This document shows, one piece after another, positions 55,745-64,000 of a stretch of DNA of 64,000 bases. The position numbers and the translations under genes are program-made. This DNA is from Eledone cirrhosa (Eukaryota), in the NCBI GenBank assembly GCA_964016885.1, contig OZ024740.1, forward strand, positions 359,228,001 through 359,292,000, in the 5' to 3' direction. Every line of letters starts with the position of its first letter. Position 1 is the first letter of the stretch. The notes beneath the pieces are model-generated. The model made no database searches. It worked only from the letters and a program-made list of their open reading frames with translations, and was not told where the DNA came from.

Positions 55745-57707
55745 CAATGTCAGACTGGAACCGTCACCACCCCTAGCAATTAGCATCAGTAGCACACCTC
55801 ACACCTCATCTCCACACCCATTTATATACTCTAAAGGTAATACTGGCAGCATTATAGTACCATCTACCCTGGGGATACCCCCATGTACTTCTAAGTCTGA
55901 TACCTCGGCCGTGGGTTACTTAAACTGCATTGCACAAATATATGATTAATATAAACTGTAGACACGGTATTGGTTGTGCTAACATAGCACTGTGCATGGA
56001 GTGCCACCATGAGATAGATTGATGATTAAGTAAGTAATCTTATTATTATGTGACTATATATTCTATACGATCAGTACAATGGATTATGCACAGGTGATAC
56101 ATCAGTTAGGAGTCTCTGTGTTGCTTGATGACCTGACTAATATCTTTTGATGAGAGAACGGGTCCCCGGACCACCCTGGTGAACTTACCGGGAATGCAGT
56201 CATACAATGACCCGAAACTTGCTGGGAGTCTTGTATGATAATAAGACCATTATTAGTAATAAGACCCTTATTAGTAGTGAGACCCTTATAATTAATTTTG
56301 TAGTCTGACTCTTCTTATGGATTGTTCAGGTGTGGCACTTCATATTAGATTGTAATCATCAGGATATGAACCCCTTTAGTACTTATTAATAGACTCCACT
56401 CTAATTTGTAGATAAGAAACCTAATTTAATATATATATGAGATGAGAGTTTATGTATTGCTTGATGGCCAGACTGGTGTCTTTATATGGGAGATTTGATC
56501 TCCAGATTGTAATCTTCATGATATGAACTCCTTTAGTACTTATTAATAGACTCCACTCTAATTTGTAGATAAGATACCTAATTTAATTTATATATGAGAT
56601 AGGAGTTTATGTATTGCTTGATGGACAGACTGGTGTCTTTATATGAGAGATTTGATCTCCAGACCACCCTGGAGATATTCAGATTTACCAAGGATTCAGA
56701 AAACAATGACCCAGAGCTTACCGGGAGTCACATATATAATAATAGGACCATGCCAGGTCCTGCGGGAGGAATTACACTTACAAAGAACATTGATTTGGGG
56801 GTCTGACTCTTCTTATAGAATGTTCAGATATGACACCCCTTAATAGAAGGTAATCATCCTGATATATACACCTTTAGTACTTCTTAATAGACTACACTGT
56901 AACCTATAGATAAGTAACATAATCTAGAAATTAGTTATAACATCATATGATAGGCACTTATTTGAAACACCATTAATGTAATTTAGGATAATAAATTTAA
57001 CTAAGTAAACCAGCTAGTTACCTCCCCTTACGCATTAATTCCCCTTGGTCACACACACACTTCCGGAATATAGTATCATCACACAAAACTAAACAACATG
57101 ATCTATTAATTAAGAATCGACAAGATACGGTTTATAACTTGGTTATATGCCGAACCATCGTGAATTATATGATAGACCCGTGGTCTATATATTGCGTCTC
57201 ATGGATTATGTGAGTGGTGGTGTGCGCGAAGACAGTGGTACTGTTTTGCCTACGATATAATATGTTTTATAATATGTTTGATATTTTTGATATTTTGGTG
57301 TTTCTCCACATTCGGGACTGTATATCATACAGGTGTATGCGAAAAAATGATTTAATAATTCAGCCCACATAATAATATCGATTGCCTGCTTCAACTGCCT
57401 GACCCTGCAAGTAACATTCTGACGCACTCTAATCCTGTATAAATAAGACACGCGTGCATGCTACACGTGAGATTGTTTCATACACTGACTACTCTAAACT
57501 TTCCTCTTGCTTTATCTTCATAGACTGCCAATGCTTCATTTTTATTTTTATTTTTATTTTTATCTTTATCCTTTAACCTTTATATGTAAATTGCCATGCC
57601 ATATCATTTTGATGGATGTCATCCCACTGTGGATCAATATGTGCATATGTTTTTATATATCTCTTGTGTTGAAAAGGAGGTCAAGTATGTTATAGATCAC
57701 TAAATAG

Positions 57708-57756
57708 TTGCTCCGAAGACTTCAAACCTCGGTTTGAAGGAAACAATTGTAAGCAA
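57708..57756 (+). ncRNA. Hammerhead, CCGAAGA variant, in 3' pseudo-LTR (inverse copy at 53279-53327, minus)
   Basis: TTGCT-CCGAAGA-CTTCAAAC ctcg GTTTGAAG-GAAA-CAATTG-TA-AGCAA. Confidence 0.85.
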
Positions 57757-57790
57757 ATAAATGATTTAAACTGAACTTTGATTATTGTAA

Positions 57791-57834
<44 letters not shown>

Positions 57835-60800
57835 ATAGTGTGTCATCAAGGCTGACGGCAATAGCGTTGAAAATATTTCACTCTTTAGTCCAGAATTAAT
57901 ATGTCATATATACCACAATTACCGGATATATGAACAACCATACACACTGGGAAGTTTGTGTTTTCATATATTAATAGTTTGCATAACAGAAACCCTATAG
58001 CTTATGTTGATTATTGACACCTGAAATGTAAGAATGACATTGTAAAATTTTATTTCTAGAATATAATTACATACATGTTCAGCGTATGTATGTGTTCAAG
58101 TTACCTACAAGATTAAATGTTTTAGTAACTTTGAAGAAATAACTATTTACAGAGACAAGTATACAGGTATGATTGGAGAGTACAATTTGTATTGTAGCAA
58201 TGCAATATTTTCTGTAGTGTAGATTACGAATAGGCTAATATTAAAATAATATATATATATAAATATAAACAAGCATCCTGTTATCGAACCAACCAACCAA
58301 ACGGAAATTTATAATAAATTGAAGTGAAAAATCAAAGGTGCTTGTGACAGCATGACCTTCCCAAATAATAATTATTACTTTCATTTAATACTTTCATTTA
58401 CAGAAAATGTTCGTTATGTATTTGTAGTAGGGGGAGTGTAACCTGTGAATGTTTTCATCGTCTTCTAAGCTCATGCAGATAATGAATAATATCAATTAAG
58501 ATTTTGAATGAGCACAAAATATCATTTCTAAAATTTGGTAAAGCGAAAAATTGTTTTCTTTTATTTTCTTTTAAATTTCATCAACACAATTGTAATCTAA
58601 ACCTTAGAAAATGTATCTCTGCAAAGAGTTTATAAACAAATATGTATTATTGAGAAATTTGTGAAGAAACAGTGGGCCAGTAAATTGCATTTTGTAAAGG
58701 AATTGTTTGGGTGTAGACTTTCGGTAATAATTGAGGTTTCGGAACAAAATGTTTCTAAATACTTATTCAATTGATTTGTTAGCGAATTTTCGTCGTAACA
58801 CATAGTTTCTGAATGAATTAAATTCGTTACCAAAGGTCCCTTTTATATACATGATGGCTGTTGACTTTCTATCCATTAGTAAGACCAACTTTTGCTTTAA
58901 AAGTTGTAATACCGCCCTATCATGAATCTTCATGGTGCCGAAACCCTACGGCTATATGTCAGTATCAAGTTTTCACCTATCGGGTGCTAACGGCATTTCA
59001 GCGACGGGTGCAACTTCGTGAGTGGCCTGAAAATCGTGATAAATTTTCCTTATATTACACCTTCCATATATCCTCAAGAAGTAATGGTATTTTTTCATCA
59101 AATATGCACTTGATACATCGACTATCAAAACGGAAACTCTGATGTCTGTTTTGATGGAAACAAAAAAATAAACAAAGTACCAATATACCACATTTCCAGA
59201 AACGGTTGTTTGGCACGAGTAAAAAATGATAAATTTTTGAAGCTACTTAACTAGTAGTAAACCAAAGTAAGCAATGTGACCAGGCTACGAGTATCGCAGG
59301 CTTCGTGTTTGAGTAACTTTTCCTCGTGTGTATTTACATACATATGGAAATACACACGGATACGTGTGTGTATGTGTGTAAGTGTGTAAGTGTGTGTGTG
59401 TGCGTGTGTAAGAGTGTGTGTGTGTGTGCGTTCATATTTAAATATATGCATCATTTTATGTTTATCGCCTTTGATTGACATGAGTTCATCCACCCAATAT
59501 TTTTACCTAACGGCGTGTTTAAGCATTCTCATCATCATTAAGCCATGTGTGTGATTGTGTGTGTCTGTATATCTTTATACAAATGTTTCTGCTGGTTCAT
59601 GCCTGGTGTGAGTGATTGTGTTTATGAGAGGATAACCTATTTTGCTCTGCATTTATTCACAGTATAGGACTTCCCATGGCAGAGAACAACGAAGAAACAA
59701 AGAAAGAAAATACCAATGCTCGGCGTATTGAAAGATAAATGTTAGAATAGATTCATTACTTCACATCCACGCTGTTATTTCGTGCAATTACAACAAACAC
59801 TTTCTACTTCCAAATACATGGAATCTACTTCCAATTACAAATAGCTACAATGTATATTAAAATTACTATGAACAGATCACAACAGGTGTGTAAATAATTG
59901 CTTCTAAGATTTCGTGGATGAGGAAAATAGGAATATGTGGTACTCATTCATTTTCTAGTGTCCTTATTGAAGTAGCTTTGTTTTTGTTTTACTTCTTGTT
60001 CAGCCCTAATCTAGATCTATATTAAACAGCCTATGGCTAGAGCCAGACCTAAACAAACCTTATGGTTTATCGACGCGATAGGGTGGTATTAAATTTGAAA
60101 ATTTGAGAATCCAAACGGAGAATAGAACTGGTTTCCCACATTATCAAATTTTAAACTAACAATTTAGGAGAAAACTATTTTTAAATTGTACAGCGTTAAT
60201 GTTAAATAGTCTTATAAAATATAGTATTTTGTATAAGTTTCTTGGTGTATACTATATTCAACCAATATTGTTTATACGTATACATCATTGACCTCTACCA
60301 TCGGTTAACTCTGAGAAATACATATATATATGTGTGTGTGTGCGCGCGTATATATATATATATATTTAGTTTCAGAAGATCCCGTTAAGGGTGAAAGCAG
60401 CGATTCTTTGCTTAAACTTTAATCTGTTATTTTAATAAATATATATATATATATATTATGTATATATATATATATATACATACATTCACACAGACATACA
60501 TGCACACGTATATATACATGTGTGTGCGTGTGTGTGTGCGTGTGCCTTCACATAGTTACGACAATAATCTGTTGCCTTAAAGGCAACGTGAAATGAAGCA
60601 CATATATTAAAGCGCCCTTGTCAAACGGCTATGATGTCATAAATGAGTCTTCTGCATGAATAATATAGTAAATTATATAACTGTTATAAAACTATGCTTC
60701 ATTGGGGACGGTCAAATGAGGCTGAAACTTATCGAAAGAATCAAAATGATATTAGCTAATGATTAATATCGATTTTTTTCCATGCCGCATTTAATTCCCA

Positions 60801-62385
60801 TTTAATATAGTTAATACAGGAAGGATCAAACTTAACTATTTAACTTACGCTAGTGATTGTTTAATCGTGAGACTGCAAAAGGTTTTTAGTTTGGTGCAGT
60901 ATAATTTCAATCATTTGTATTCTACTGGAAGATTGCAGACCTGCCAACCTCTAAAAACCCATACGAGGAGTACCATGAAAAAGAGTGCCATAAAACGGAG
61001 GAAAATGAGGCGAAATGGCGAGATTTTACATAATGAAAGCTATACCCATTTTCACCCCAAAATGAGTGGAAGATCTCCTCGTCGGACAGGGAGAGTTGAC
61101 AGGTCTGAAATTGTTTAGACACAGAAGGCAATTGTTACTGTTGATGTTTATCCTACTGTAATAAAGATATATATAGTAAAATATATTGTTATAGATTAAT
61201 GTGGAAAACGGTGTGATTCAGAATTAGGTGCTGCTATACAATCATTTTGTCCCAATCAGTGTGTATGCTTGTGTGTGTGTGCGTGCATCTATGTGCGCAT
61301 GTGAGGTAATAATTGTGTCTCTGGGTATTGTATGTTTTCCCTGTGTACAAAAGAGCTTAAACGTAATCTATTGATTACACAAATTTAGTTTTCCTCAACC
61401 ACTTCAGCTATCGTTGATTGTCAGCTAACCTTAAAAATTGATGGAATTATTTAATATTCTGATGGCCTTTTTACGTGGCTTTATTTATTTATGTATATTT
61501 ATTTTCTGTTTGTAATTGTTATATTATGTTGCTGCTGTTATAAACGCAGGTGCTGGATACGAGCAGATATTGGAAGCTAATGTGGTTGTTTATTTACATT
61601 CATCATATATGTATATCACATGCTGTCTTCTCTACTTCATAGGTTCAGAGGGGGTGAGTCGAAAAGTACGGATGCTTGCTTATATCAAACCTTGATCTAC
61701 TTCGACATTTCAATTAAAATATTTGATTATCTTTATAAATCTATATATTTCTTTACTTATTTTGTCTGACAACGTATATTTTGCTCATCCTATATTCCAA
61801 ATATAATTTAATTGCCTACAACTGAATTCTTTCAATAATGAAATCAATATTGGCCACATATATTATTCATTTCGGATGTTATTGCTTTTCTTTTTTTCAT
61901 ATTGCAACATATATTCAGTGTTCCACTAAAACAACGAATTTCTGAGTGTGAAAGTATTCTTATAAATGAAGTTATGAAATATAAATTTGAAATGTGTGTA
62001 TAATACCACACATTTATATATTGGTCCACCCCAGTGGTGTTATGCACACATTTCAAATTTATATTTCATAACTATATGTATGTATGTATCTATCTATGTA
62101 TATATATATATATATGGGGGGGGGGGTCTGTGTCTGTGTGTGTCTGTGTAAAAGTAATAACAAAAATAACAAAACAAACTGCACAGTACATGGGGAAAGT
62201 ATATTAGTTTAACGCTTGGGGAGAAAAAAATACACGTGGGTATTAAGTCGTATGTATCTTCCAGAAACCTAACTTGTATACACCACAAGCGGATTTTGTT
62301 GATTTCGGATTTACAGAAACCTCACTTAGATATTCAATAATTTCGAAGTATATATATATATATGTGTGTGTGTGGGTGTGTGTGT

Positions 62386-62473
<88 letters not shown>

Positions 62474-62704
62474 ATATATATGTGTGTGTATGTATGTGTG
62501 TGTATTTTTTTCTCACTAGTCAGTTCTTTCGTTGCTACAGATATCACGCAGCTGAATTAGCGGTCGCTATTTTCAATTTGCAAAGCCCTTTAAACTGTGT
62601 GTTATTACTCTGAGGTCTATACTTTGTCGAGTGCTTGGATGCACTGCTGAAGGCATTCGTTGGCTAAGCTGCTACTCGAACTTCGAATATGCTGTACTTT
62701 GTCT

Positions 62705-63038
62705 GATTTACTCGTTATATTTACAATCCTTTAAAATGTATAATGATATTATAATGAAATAGTATGGTAGAATATTAAATGTTAAGTGTTAATTGAACAA
62801 GTACTTTCATGCTTTCGTAATCTTCAGGTTCATATTCTGTGGTGACAGTCAAGTTTGCAATTTTCAACTGTCTTTCACAGTTGAAAATTGCAAACTTGAC
62901 TCTCACCACAGAATCTGAAGATTGCGAAAGCATGAAAGTACTTGTTCAATTAATACTTAACATTTAATATTCTACCATACTATTTCATTATAATACCATT
63001 ATACATTTTAAAGGATTGTAAGTAAAACGAGTAAATCA
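62705..63038. mobile_element. ~165-bp-arm hairpin element with a hammerhead in each arm
   Basis: Near-perfect palindrome centred at 62872-62876; hammerheads at 62794-62832 (minus) and 62911-62947 (plus): CTGAAGA-t TGC gaaa GCA t-GAAA-GTAC-TT. Confidence 0.85.
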
Positions 63039-63059
63039 AAGTTGGAATTCCATTTATTA

Positions 63060-63095
<36 letters not shown>

Positions 63096-63114
63096 ATGTG
63101 TGTGTATGTATATA

Positions 63115-63156
<42 letters not shown>

Positions 63157-63553
63157 TGTGGGCGTGTGGGTGTTGTTTCACTCTACTTTTAAAGGGACAG
63201 TAGGCTACAGTACGTTCAGTTTTTGAAAATCATTTCTTTAAATCACTTTACTCTATTTCAAAGAAACATTTTGTAACGATACATCTGGTTTTGAAATAAT
63301 ATTTCTTTAAATCCCAGATAACGGTTTTGAAATAACGTTTGTTTAAAATGTTTCAGTCACTTTCAAATAATGTTTCTTTTAATCCTGGAAATTATTATGC
63401 CTGGCATTAAAAGAATAAAATTTCTTCAAATTATTTTACTCGATTGTCAAAGCTTCCATTACATAACACTATCTCCAGTAACACTTGTACACACACACAC
63501 ACATACACACACGCACGCACAAACACACGCACACACACATATATATATACACA

Positions 63554-63632
63554 CAGGGTGTCCCAAAAACATGTATACACATATTTATTAGAATGCTGTT
63601 GAAGCGTGTATACATTTTTTCGGGACACCCTG
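63554..63632. mobile_element. 79-bp Tc1/mariner-type MITE
   Basis: TIRs CAGGGTGTCCCAAAAACATGTATACAC and GTGTATACATTTTTTCGGGACACCCTG, with TA at the right end. Confidence 0.7.
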
Positions 63633-64000
63633 TATATATATATAAATGTTTTCCTTTCTTCTCAACCTCTCTCTACACTTATATTTCCATATATAAATGC
63701 AAATGGAGGATTTATCACCCAAAACAGAAGTCAGAAAACCAATTATTTGAATTATGTATAGTTTTACATTCCTTTCCACTGATATGAGAGACTGAAATTG
63801 AAGCATATTTGAGTGATTGAAAGAAAATCAGTTGCAACTTTTGATTAGGTATTCTAATTTAGTCTCAGCCACAGAATATCGCGATGTCGGAATTACTCTA
63901 CTCCAGCTGGTTGTCGATAATGATGTTGGTGTTACGTTTGTTCTTGTTATGTCAGTGCTGTTCTTGTTCCTCTTGATGCTGTCGTCAGTACTATATGTGC

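Larger units (their letters stand above)
53071..57795 (+). mobile_element. 5'-truncated Naiad-type PLE with ~1.5-kb inverted pseudo-LTR
   Basis: 53240-54768 is the near-perfect reverse complement of 56268-57795 (mirrored ORF calls 53584/57206 and 53340/57507); (TA)n at both ends. Confidence 0.93.

Noticed and set aside
60370-60410. Hammerhead-like CAGAAGA-TCCC gtta AGGG-T-GAAA
   Set aside because: Core is mutated and there is no stem I or UH site
37738-61660. Candidate further LGR exons after AG sites (e.g. ~37740, ~51441, ~59662, ~61642)
   Set aside because: No LRR, hinge or 7TM-like peptide between convincing splice sites

Overview
AT-rich eukaryotic (metazoan) DNA packed with (TA)n/(CA)n/(GATA)n/(GAA)n microsatellites; the SINE families and microsatellite load suggest an octopus or related cephalopod (inference). 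Nearly all poly-YI/CV/HT ORFs in the supplied track are microsatellite artefacts. One host exon is recognisable (23053-23236, +): the last LRRs plus the YxYHCC hinge of a type-B LGR (rickets/bursicon-receptor-like GPCR), so much of the window is probably intron. The rest is transposon-derived: at least six Penelope-like elements (PLEs; four Naiad-type, two YVDD-type), most 5'-truncated with inverted pseudo-LTRs and inserted in (TA)n; a ~9.7 kb stack of L1/Tx1 elements associated with (GATA)n; tRNA-derived SINEs, RTE remnants and MITEs. The main signal not in the ORF track is a dense population of type I hammerhead ribozymes (about 15 sequence families and 25-30 copies, all found and folded by eye). 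They lie in PLE pseudo-LTRs and in small non-coding foldback or tandem elements, including a 312-bp tandem-then-inverted array that looks like a non-LTR retrozyme (candidate circRNA source).
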